A stretch of 63,113 bases of DNA, the filler included, from Octopus bimaculoides (lineage: Eukaryota), in NCBI RefSeq assembly GCF_001194135.2. It is 4 parts of 4 records of this genome, joined end to end, with 100 filler letters (N's around TTAATTAATTAA, not from the genome) between each part and the next. Parts side by side here need not be neighbours in the genome. Positions count along the whole stretch, not along the records: positions 27,744 to 52,824 come from NC_069005.1; 3 more parts are not named here. One strand, written 5' to 3'. Under the pieces are notes generated by a model. It did no database searches and had not been told where the DNA came from. It saw only the letters and a program-made list of their open reading frames with translations. The position numbers were made by a program, and so were the translations under genes. Position 1 is the first letter of the stretch. Each line of letters starts with the position of its first letter. Shown here piece after piece: positions 37,174 through 48,731 of the stretch.

Positions 37174-39465
37174 CTATTTATCTGACCATTGACTTATTAA
37201 ATATATGAAGTTATACATATATGTATGTATATATATTATATATACATACATATATGCATACATACATGTATACACGCACACACATCACATAACACGCGTA
37301 TATGTATATTACTTTTAATTTTTAAAAAATTGTTTTTCTGCGTTATTTTCTTCTGAGAGGATTTCCGGTTTCCTTTGAATGGAATTAGTGTCACTGTTGT
37401 GTAAATTTTATAGTAGCCAACTGACGTCAGTTCCGCTTGAAAAGATCACAAATAATTCCCAATCACCACCAAATTCATTGATCTTCACAACAGATAACTG
37501 TTGCTTGCAACTCGCTGTGTCAGTATGTGCAAGTAGCTAAGAATGCAATACGTTATAATGATAATCATAATAATAATAATAATATTTATTATTGTTGTTG
37601 TTGGTAATGTCATCGTCGTTGTTCTAGTTGTTGTTACACTTTCTAAATACATGCCATCGGATTTCACAAATGTATTTTGACTTTTTTTAACATTACTGTT
37701 CACTTCCGCTACCGAACCGAAAAAAGCGATTCTGCCAGTGTTACTCGCTTATGCATAACTAAGTTGTACTTCATTTTTCAATAGTTATTCATCAATGATA
37801 TTCAATTAAAAATTGTTGTGTCTAATAATTTCGTTAACCATTAATTTTCTGCAAACGTCTTCCTTTCGTCTCATTCAGCTATTTTGTTTTAATCACAGAC
37901 CCTTAGCAAAGTGGTACACTCTTTGTGATGCAACAGGCTGATAGAAATAGCAGCCAGATACAGTTTTGGTTTTAATAACGTTCTTAATAGGCTTAATGCT
38001 TCTATTAAACGCTTGTTTTGATTCAGAGACCATTCTAAATAGTAATGTAATTCAGTCTGTTGTAACTGGCGAGCGAGTAGGGTTTGGTAACTTGTACCCT
38101 ACGTTTTCTAAGTGATTACGAAGTCTCCGGCAAACATAGACATACACTCATTTGCGTCACCTTTGACGTAGCGAAAGCTGGATGGAAAGAGGCTTCAGAG
38201 TTTAAGTGCCCCCCCCCCCAACTTTGCTTTTCATCCTTTTGGGGTCGATAAAGTAAGTCCTGGTTGAATCCTCACCCCACCAAAATTGCTGGCCTTGTGC
38301 TAAAATATGAAACCATTATCTTTACTAACATTATTATTATTATTATTACATAAAAATTCTCTAAATGTATTGTCTCATTTTATACTCACATTTCCATTAA
38401 TTTGCTCTGGAATACGTAACAGTCCTTTTCTCGTTAATCTTTCAGTTTCAACCATTCACTTGAATAAATATTTGTTCGTTTTTCTTTTTATCTTTGGAGA
38501 GTCATTATGCAAATAAGAGACACGCATTGGCTCTATTTAACACCTGTTATTATGAGTCATTTTTTTAAAAATATCTTCCTAGTTAACTTATTGTTTGATT
38601 AATCATTTGGTCAATTAATTCATCTGAGAGGTTCGTCAGTGCTCTCTGAAACCATTTGATTAAGAAGGTCTTGAGTTGCAACGAAAGGGCTTCGATCTGA
38701 TAAATCTATCTGGTAGCAGCGGTGCAAATTTGTTTTTTGATTCACTGTGTGCATGGAATAAACAAAAAACTCAAAAATTTGTCATGAAACTCTTTCTTAA
38801 AACTCTTTTAATCTAACATACTTTTCAAATATATTTATCAATTTTGTCAATTTTTGTAGCAGTATGTGATTAGTTTTTATTTATGTATGGTTGCTGTCGG
38901 CATTGTATAATTTTGATTCTCAATATTTTGATTTACATATTAACTGCTTTCGTTGAATGGTTACATAAAAACTAATTGTTTAAGTTGTTAAAGGAACTTC
39001 TGAAAAAATGTCTAGTAAGTAATTTTCATGCAATTGTAAATACGTATTATATTGTATGCCGAAAGCAAATTTAAAGAGTTCTGATTCATTGACGATGCTT
39101 TTTTTAATATTTTTTTCAATTATATGGCAATTTATAATTCTGTATGTTATTACAGAACATAGAAAAATAAATGAAAAATTTAATAAAGTAGAATTAATCG
39201 TTNNNNNNNNNNNNNNNNNNNNNNNNNNNNNNNNNNNNNNNNNNNNNNNNNNNNNNNNNNNNNNNNNNNNNNNNNNNNNNNNNNNNNNNNNNNNNNNNNN
39301 NNNNNNNNNNNNNNNNNNNNNNNNNNNNNNNNNNNNNNNNNNNNNNNNNNNNNNNNNNNNNNNNNNNNNNNNNNNNNNNNNNNNNNNNNNNNNNNNNNNN
39401 AAGCAGTTGTCATGCGGTGGGAACAAACACAAAGATATATACACATATACGTGCATATTGGTATA

Positions 39466-40078
39466 CATCGGCTGGTATTTATGGCTTGGAATACGTAGTT
39501 CCGGCTTTGGGCACGTTCTTGCGGCGCCAGGCATGCTGTTGCGTCGCCGGGTACAGATTTACTTTCTGGAACTTATTTTTGTCGCCAATGTTTCGTATTT
39601 AAGTGTTCAGGTTTGTTGTTTCAGCCGCAAGTACGTACTTATAGCAGCAGCGACGCACATACTGGCGCAGTTTCGTATAAACGGGCATCGGCTGGTATTT
39701 ACGGCACGGAATACGTAGTTGCGGCTTTGGGCATGTTTTTGCGGCGCTAGGCACGCTGTTAGGTCGGCGAGTACAGATTTAAGTTGTAAAGCCTTTTTTT
39801 ATCGCCATTGTTTCTTACTTACGTGTTCAGGTTTGTTGTTTCAGCCGTAAGTACGTACTTATAGCATCATCAGCGCACATACTGCCGAAGTTACGTATAA
39901 ACGGACATCGACTGGTATTTACGGTTCGGAATACGGAATTGCGGATCTGGGCATGTTTTTGCGGCGCTAGGCACGCTGTTGAGTCGGCGGGTATAAATTT
40001 ACGTTGTGGAGCTTGTTTTGTCGCCATTGTTTCGTACTTACGGCTTCAGGCTTGTTGTTCCGGCCGCAAATACGTACG
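39466..40078. repeat. 220-bp tandem repeat, ~2.8 diverged copies, CpG-rich
   Basis: CATCG(G/A)CTGGTATTTA starts at 39466, 39686 and 39906. Confidence 0.9.
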
Positions 40079-43000
40079 TAAGGATGAACGAATGCACGAA
40101 CGAACTAATGAACGAATGAACGTAAGAACGAACGAACGTACGTCCGTACAAACGTAAAACAGACGAACGTACGTACGTACGTACGTACAGCCGATAGAAC
40201 GAAAGAACAAATGTACGTACGAACGAACGAACGAACGAAAGAACGAACGTACGTACAAAGGAACGAACGAAAGATCGAACGAACGAAAGAAAGAACGAAC
40301 GAACGTACGAACGAACGAACGTACGTACGTACGCAATTACGTACGTACGAACAAACGAACGAACGCACGAATGTACGAACGTACGAATGTACGAACGAAC
40401 GAAAGAAAGAACGAACGTACGTACGTTCGTAAGTACGTACGAACGAACTAACAAATGAACGTATGTACGTACGTAAGAATGACTAACGAACGAAGGAACG
40501 AACTAAAGAACGAACGAACGAACGTATCTACGTACGTACTAACGAACGATTGAACAAGCGTAAGAAAGTACGAACGTACGAACGAACGAAAGAACGAACG
40601 AACTTATGTAGGTACGTACGTATGAACGGTCGATCGAACGAACGAACGAACGTACCTACGTATGTACGTACGGAAGTACGTTCATACGAACGAACGAACG
40701 AACAAACGAACGATTGAAAGAACGAACATACGTACGAAGGAACGACCGAAAGAACGAACTACGTACTTACGTACGTACGAAGGTATGTACGTACGTACGT
40801 AAGAACGAACGAACGAACGACCGAACGAATGAACGAAAGGACGAACGTACGTACGTACGTATGGAGGATCGAACGAACTAACGAAAGAACGAACGAACGT
40901 ACGAACGAACGTACGCAGATACGTACGAACGAACGAAGGAACGAACGAATGAAGGTACGTACATACGAACGAACGAACGTACGTACGAAGGAGCGAACGA
41001 ACGAAATGAACGAAAGAAAGAAGGAACAAACGAACGTACGTATGTACGTCCGAACACACGTAAGAATGAACGAACGAACGAACGAACTAATGAACGTACG
41101 TACGTAAGTACGAACGAACGAACGAACGAACGAGAGAACGAACGAACGAACAAACGTACGTACGTACAAACAAAGGAATTAACGAACGAACGAACGAACG
41201 AACGACCGAATGAACCAACGAAAGGTTGAACGTACGTAGGTACGAAAGAACGATCGAACGAACGAAAAAACGAACGAACGTACGTACGGACGTATGTACG
41301 TAGCAACGAAATATCGAACGAACGTACGTACGTACTAAAGAACGAACGAACAAACGAATGAACGAACGAACGAACGAACGTACTAACGATCGAACGAATG
41401 AACGAACGAACAACGAATGAACGAACGAACGAACGTACTAACGATCGAACGAATGAACGAACGAACAAACGAATGAACGAACGAACGTACGAACGAATGA
41501 AAGAACGAATAAACTAACGAACGAACGTACGTATGCATGTACGTACGTACGAACGAATGAACGAACAAACGTACGTACGTACGTACGAACGAACGAACGA
41601 GCGTACGCACGTAACAAAGAACAAATGGACGTACGTAAGTACGTAAATACGTTCGTACGAATGAACGAACGAAAGAAAGAACGAACACACGAACGGAAGA
41701 ACGAACGAACGTACGTAAGAACTTACGTTCGTAAGTACGAACGAGCGAAACAAACGATCGAACGAACGAACGAACGAACGAACGTACGTCCGAACGTAGG
41801 TACGTAAGAACGAACAAACGAGCGAACAAACGTACGTACGTACGTACGTACGTACTTACGTACGAACGAAAGAAAGATCGAACGAACAAACGAACGAACG
41901 AACGTACGTAAGTATCTACGTACGTACGAACGAACGAAAGAACAAAGGAACGTACGTACATACGTTCGTACGTACAAACGAACGAACGAACGAAAGAACG
42001 AACAAACAAACGAACAAACGAACGAACGAGCGTACGTACGTACATAAATACGTTCGTACGAATGAACGAACGAAAGAAAGTACGTACTAACGTACGAACG
42101 AACGAACGAAAGATCGAACGAACGTACGTACGTACGAACGAACGAATTAACGAAGAAAGGTACGTACGTACGAACGAACAAACGAACGATCGAACGAAAG
42201 AACGAAGGAAGGAACGAACGAACAAAGAGACGAACGAACGAACGAACGAACGAACGTATGTACATACGTACGTAAGTACTTATGGGGTGAACGAACGAAC
42301 AAACGAACGATTGAAAGAACGAACGTAAGTACGTATGTACGTACGTACGTACGTACAAAGGAATGTACGTACGTACGAAGGAATGTATGTACGTACGAAG
42401 GAATGTACGTACGTACGTAAGATCGAACGAACGAACGAACGAACGAAAGGACGAATGAACGAAGGAATGAACGATAAAACGAATGAACGTTTGTACGTAC
42501 GTGAGTCCAGCAGACGGAATGAACGTACGTACGTACGAACGAACAAAGAAACGAACGTACGAACGAATGAACGAAATAACGGACGAAAGAACGAACTAAC
42601 AAACGAGAGAAATGAACGAACGAAAGAATGTAAGTTCGTACGTACGTAAGTACGAACGAAGGAAGGAACGAACATACGTACGTTCGTAGTACATACGTAA
42701 GAACGAACGAACGTACGCGCGTACGGAAGAAAGAACGGACAAACGAACGAACGTACGAACGAACAAACGAAGTAACGTACGCAGATACGTACGAACGAAC
42801 GAACGAAATGAACGAAAGAAAGAAGGAACAAACGAACGTACGTATGTACGTACGTACATACGTAAGAATGAACGAAAGAACGAACGAACGAACGAACGAA
42901 CTAATGAACGTACGTACGTAAGTAGGAACGATCGAACGAACGAACGAAAGAACGAACAAACGTACGTACGTACAAACAAAAGAATTAACGAACGAACAAA

Positions 43001-44618
43001 CGAACGAACGAACGGTTGAACGTACGTAGGTACGAACGAACGATCAGTCGATCGAACGAACGTACGAACGTACGTAGGCACGAAATATCGAACGAACGTA
43101 CGTACGTACGAAAGAACGAACGAACAAACGAATGAACGAACGAACGTACTAACGATCGAACGAATGAACGAACGAACAAACGTAAGTACGTACGTACAAA
43201 TGAACGTATGTACGTACGTACAGACGTAAGTTCGTTTGTTCATTCTTTCGTTCGTTTTTCCGTTCGTACGTTCGTTCGTTTTTCCGTTCGTTCTTTTGTT
43301 TGTTATTTCGTTCTTTCGTTCGCTCGTTTGTACTTTCGTTTGTTTGTTCATTCGTTCGTTCCTTCGTCCAGACGTACGTACGTAATAACGTTCATTCCTT
43401 TGTTCGATCATTTGTTCGTTCGTTCGTACGTACTTACGTTCGTTCGTTCGTTCGGACGTACATACGTTCGTTGGATATTTCGTGCCTACATACATACGTA
43501 CGTACGTTCGATCGTTCAATCGTTCATTAGTTCGTTCTTTCGTTCGTTAGTTCGTTCGTTCGATCGTTCGTACCTGGGTACATACATACATTCGTCCTTT
43601 CGTTTGTTCGTTCGGTCATTCATTCGTTCGTTCGTTCGTTCGTTCTTACGTACGTACTTTCGTACGTCCATTCGTTCTATTTTTCTTACGTACGTACGTT
43701 CGTTCATTCATTCATTCGTTCGTTCGTTCGTTCGTACGTACGTACGTCCGATTGTTATTTCGAATGAACGTACGTACGTACGAAGGAAAGAACGAACAAA
43801 CGAACGGACGAACGTACGTAATTACGTACGTGCGTAAGTACGAACGAACGAACGAAAGAAAGAAAGAAAGAACGAACAAAAGAACGAAAGAAAGAACGAA
43901 TGTACGTACGAAAGAACGAAAAGACGAACGATCGAGCGAAACAAACGAACGAATGAACGAACGTACTAACGAACGAACGAACGTACGTCCGAACGTAGAT
44001 ACGTAAAAATGAACGAACGAACGAACGTACGTACGTACGTACGTACATAGTACGTTCGTAAGATCGAATGAAACCATTAAACGAACGAAACAATCGAACG
44101 AATGAAAGAACGAACGAGGGAACAAAGGAACAAACGAAACAAACAAACTAACAAACGAACGAACGAACGAACGAACGAAAGAAAGAACTAATGAGCGAAC
44201 GTACGAACGAAAGAACGAATGAACGAAACAACGAACGAGTGCACAAACGAACGTACGTACGAACGAACGAAAGAATGAACAAACGAACGAACGAACGAAA
44301 GAATGAACAAACGGACGAATGAATGAACGAATGAACTAATGAACGTACGTACGAAGGAACGAAAGAACGAACGAACAAACGAACGACCGAATGAACGAAA
44401 GATCGAACGAACGTACTAACGATCGAACGAATGAACGTACGTACGTACGTACAAAGGAAAGAAAGCACAAACGCACTGACGAACATACGAACGAACGAAC
44501 GAAAGTACGAGCGTACGAACAAACGAACGAACGAACGAAAGTACGAGCGTACGAACGAACGAACGAAAGTACGAGCGTACGAACGAACGAACGAACGAAC
44601 GAATGAACAAACGAACGA

Positions 44619-44650
<32 letters not shown>

Positions 44651-45262
44651 ACGAACGAACAAAAGAACGAACGAAAGAGCGAATGTACGTACGAAAGAAC
44701 GAAAAAACGAAAGAACGAGCGAAGCAAACGAACGAACGAACAAACGTACGTCCGAACAAAAGAACGAATGAATGACGAACGTACGTACGAACGAATAAAC
44801 GAACAAACAAACGAACGAATGAATGAACGAACGTACGTACGTACGAACGAACGAACGAACGAAGGTAAGTACGTACGTACGAGTGAACGAACGCACGTAC
44901 TACGAATGTACGAACGCACGTACGTACGTAAGAACGAACGAACGACCAAACAAACGAACGAACGAATGGACGAACGTTCGTACGTACGAACGAAAGATAA
45001 AACGAACTAACGAACAAAACAACGAACGAACGTACATACCTACGTACGTATCTACGTAGGCAGGAAATATTGAACGAATGTACGTAGGTCCGAACGAACG
45101 AACGATCGAACGAACGAACGATCGAATGAACGAACGAACGTAAGTACGTACAAACGAAAAAAAGAGTGAACGAACAAACGAACAAACGAGTGAACGTTTA
45201 GACGTACGTACGTACGGACGAAGGAAGGAACGAACGAACGAGCGAAACGAATGAACGAACAA
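40070..45262. repeat. ~5.2-kb degenerate (GAAC)n/(GTAC)n tetranucleotide array with an internal inversion
   Basis: Directly visible. The orientation flips to (GTTC)n at ~43228-43760. Confidence 0.95.
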
Positions 45263-45374
45263 AGTACTACGAGAGAATAGAAGTTTTGCAGAAATTTCAA
45301 AATGCAAAGAGTATACAGTCAAATGGGAAGAATGGAGGAGTTATGCAAAAATGACGAGGCGCGAAGGGGGCAAT

Positions 45375-46460
45375 ATAGAATTGAACCCCCCAGAAGAAAT
45401 AATAGCCGAAAGAAAAGAATGCACGCTCATTTACACGATGCATTCGGTCGCTGCCGGTAAAATAGAAGTATTAACGACTGCCCAAATAGAGAAGGCACTA
45501 AGCCCAATCTGACAAGAAATAAAGTATCTTACCAAAGGGGTAAAGTACGACACAAGAGAGGTGAAGTTTAAGGATGCTGTATAGGCGAAGTTGAACGCAG
45601 CAATCATAAGGAACGAAGACGTGGTACTATTGTGCATGTATTACAGAAGGCGTTCGGTTAAGGTTAGTGTGGAGGGAATTCCATCAAATGTCGCTGTCCT
45701 TCATGCAATAAGGAGATAGAGGTTGTCCAGGCCACAAGGATAGAAAGCAGAAACTGGAAGAGCCAAACTTTATATATGGTCGTTCGAGCACCAAAGGAAG
45801 AAATGCCAGAGCAGATTTCCATGGAAGATGTAATAATGCGGGTCAGAGGGCAAGATTCCTCGATGTTATGTGGCCTGAAAAGCCCTTCACAGGCCAAAAT
45901 GTCGGAGGAAGGGAAAACGGAGGTAGTAGCACAACTACCAGCGGAAACGGAAGAAAAAGGGAGCGAGTCGGAAGGGGAATGGGAGGAAGCCAGTAGAAAA
46001 AGAAGAAAAAAGGCAAGCAAATCAAACATTGAACCCCACCCGTCAGCCACCCACACCCTCTTCCTCCCACCCTCCCCTACAGTCACTGAACTTACCCAGC
46101 TCCCTCTGACACACAGACAGACACAAACCCTCAAACTTTCCTCCCTCCAGAAAAAAGGGAAAAAAAAAATGCAATTATGCATTAATGTACGATAACACAA
46201 ACAGAAAACTATGCGAGGAAATCAAATCGTGGAAGGAAATAAGATCTGCAGAAACTAACAAATATGACATCGTGTAGGGGTGGCATTGCTGCCTGTTTCT
46301 AAATGAAAGACAGAAAGATAAACTAACAAGGTTTAAAAGCGATTATAAAATATGGGAAGTGAACCTAGACATCGACAAGTTACCCTGGCAAATAACATAT
46401 ACAAGACTATTGGAGGAGTACAAATTTGACGTCCTTGCAGGAACAAAATACAGAAAATGA
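45375..46460 (+). pseudogene. Disrupted LINE ORF1/gag-like gene: N-terminal domain, degenerate CCHC knuckle, basic patch, unknown C-terminal domain
   Basis: Reads ELNPPEEIIAERKECTLIYTMHS...YYRRRSVKVSVEGIP...NWKSQTLYMVVRAP...PRCY/CGLKS..QAK..WEEASRKRRKK, then YALMYD...GWHCCLFL...GTKYRK* after a 1-nt slip in the A10 run at 46160-46169. Confidence 0.6.
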
Positions 46461-46632
46461 ATAGAAGGTAAAAATGAAGTTACTCAGGGTTGGAGCTGAG
46501 TAACTTTCATTCCATTTTTCATTTTCATCAATCATTCATCTTGCATCATGTCTTTTTTTTAAATTTTTTTTTTTTACTTTGTTCTATGTCTCCACATTTG
46601 TCTTGTCCCCTCTATATACACCTCTTGTGGGC

Positions 46633-46638
46633 AATAAA
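46633..46638 (+). promoter_or_regulatory. Poly(A) signal terminating the ORF1-only element
   Basis: GTGGGCAATAAAAAAA; the same terminus occurs at 31207 (minus) and 3790. Confidence 0.55.
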
Positions 46639-46679
46639 AAAATGTACTTTTTAGTTTTGTTCTGTGCGTGTTTCCTGTT

Positions 46680-46748
46680 CACCTTGATGAGGGGGTCATT
46701 TAAATGTAATCGAACCGCGGTAGTGTGCTCCCGAAATGGCCATAGGTG
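46680..46748 (+). ncRNA. Type-I hammerhead ribozyme motif (U3 variant)
   Basis: Stem I CACC/GGTG; TTGATGA; stem II GGGGG/CTCCC; GAAA; palindrome ATGGCCAT; AUA triplet ending at 46744. Confidence 0.55.
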
Positions 46749-47146
46749 TGTTTTAATTGATTTTGTGGAACTCTTTTTGCTCATGGACTCTAACTTGCTA
46801 TGGTTTTAAGAATTGAACTTTTTGGACGTATTCTTGTATGAGAGAAGTAAAAAAATAAAAACATTTAGAAATATTTTTAGTCGACTGATATTTTATTTTA
46901 TCTTAGTTTATTTAGTTTTTTATGAATTTTTATGAATTTTTAGTCGTTTTTACTTACCTTTTTGACAGGCCTTTCTAGATATTTGTATTTTATTCGCATT
47001 TAGATTTGTACCTTCTGTATTTTTATGTATATTTTTATATGTTTAAGAACTATGGTAATATTTATATATGATCAAATGTTTGGAAGTATGGTGTGAAACA
47101 TAAAGTCGTTGACTTGAATTTGATGTTTGTTCTATGATCCATGTTT

Positions 47147-47182
<36 letters not shown>

Positions 47183-47460
47183 NNNNNNNNNNNNNNNNNN
47201 NNNNNNNNNNNNNNNNNNNNNNNNNNNNNNNNNNNNNNNNNNNNNNNNNNNNNNNNNNNNNNNNNNNNNNNNNNNNNNNNNNNNNNNNNNNNNNNNNNNN
47301 NNNNNNNNNNNNNNNNNNNNNNNNNNNNNNNNNNNNNNNNNNNNNNNNNNNNNNNNNNNNNNNNNNNNNNNNNNNNNNNNNNNNNNNNNNNNNNNNNNNN
47401 NNNNNNNNNNNNNNNNNNNNNNNNNNNNNNNNNNNNNNNNNNNNNNNNNNNNNNNNNNNN

Positions 47461-47497
<37 letters not shown>

Positions 47498-47511
47498 TAC
47501 ATACATACGAC

Positions 47512-47665
47512 AAGCTTCTTTCAGTTTCCGTCTACCAAATCCACTCACAAGGCGTTGGTCGGTCTGAAGCTGTAGTAGAAAACACTTGCTCAAGGTGTCA
47601 CGGAGTGGGACTGAACCCGGAACCATGTGGTTGGTAAGCAAAACTTCTTACAACACAGCCTGCGC
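47512..47665 (-). mobile_element. SINE family 2 head
   Basis: Contains CTTTCAGTTTCCGTCTACCAAATCCACTCACAAGG...GGGACTGAACCCGGAACCATGTGGTTGG. Confidence 0.85.
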
Positions 47666-48269
47666 CTATATATGATTATATATATGTGTGTGTATTTATG
47701 TATGCGTATATGTGTATGAACGAATGTTTTTGTACCGCGGAATCTATAAGTATTTGCTCACCTATGAATTCCACCTTAATTAAGATATGATAAACCGAAG
47801 CGATCAGCACGAAATCAGTAAAAGCACAGTAAAAGTTAATGTGTTATCCAAATATCCAAGTCAATCGAAACCCAAGGCGAGGTTATTTTGGGTATGTATA
47901 TATGAGTATATATGAGTATATATGAGTATATTTCTGTGTGTGTGTATGCTACGTATTTTATCTGTTCATTATGTATCATTTTTCTTTTTGCGTCATTTTA
48001 TCATTGTTTAAAATTATAAGTAGAGACACACGTAGTCATGTAGGTCTATATATCTTATGATTTTTACTATTACTCTTTTGTTTTTGGTTGTACTTCTTAC
48101 AATGGCATCTAAACAGTAAATAACAATGAACAAGTGCAATCATTAATACCTGCCCTGACGAAGTTCTGAGAAGCAGCAGGAATGGAAGAGCTCACCTGTA
48201 GGAGAAATACTCCAATAATAATAATAACAACGACAATAATAATAATAACAACGACAATAATAATGATAA

Positions 48270-48302
<33 letters not shown>

Positions 48303-48731
48303 CTTCATTAGTATTTGTGTAAATACGTATGTGTTTATATGTCTATGTGCATCTGTCTGTGTGTGCGTGTCTCGTATTTATGTATAGCCTGCCTTTGGCT
48401 GGATGGTTGGAGTGTTTCTATTTTTCACATTTGCAATCAAATATTAAATAGCTTTTCAAACTTCAACTGCAAGTAACGGAAGCTATAATAATGGATTAAA
48501 AGCAACAACAGTAGCAGCATTGATAATGGCAGAAAGATAGTAGTAGTTGTTGTAGTAATAGCAGTTTGTAGCAGCAGCAGCAGTAGCAGTAGTAGTAGTA
48601 GTAATAGTAGAAATAGTAGTTGTAGCAGTAGTAGAAATAGTAGTTGTAGCAGCAGTAGTAGTAGTCAGAGAATTAATAATTTCTCATTGGTAGAAAAATA
48701 ACAACGACATCTTAAAAGTGATAAATAATTA

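Noticed and set aside
39466-40078. CRISPR-like array
   Set aside because: These are contiguous 220-bp monomers with no unique spacers, there are no cas genes, and the context is eukaryotic.
40038-45322. Long FVRS/RTNE-repeat ORFs up to 345 aa
   Set aside because: A by-product of GAAC/GTAC tetramers containing few stop codons; open in several frames and on both strands.
46584-46784. Minus-strand ORF with faint GIY-YIG-like STKSIKT..EH..AVR
   Set aside because: No GIY or YIG motifs; better explained as the antisense of the hammerhead region.
48153-48215. CTGACGA-AGTTCT..AGAGCT hammerhead-like sequence
   Set aside because: No GAAA follows stem II; at best a decayed relic.
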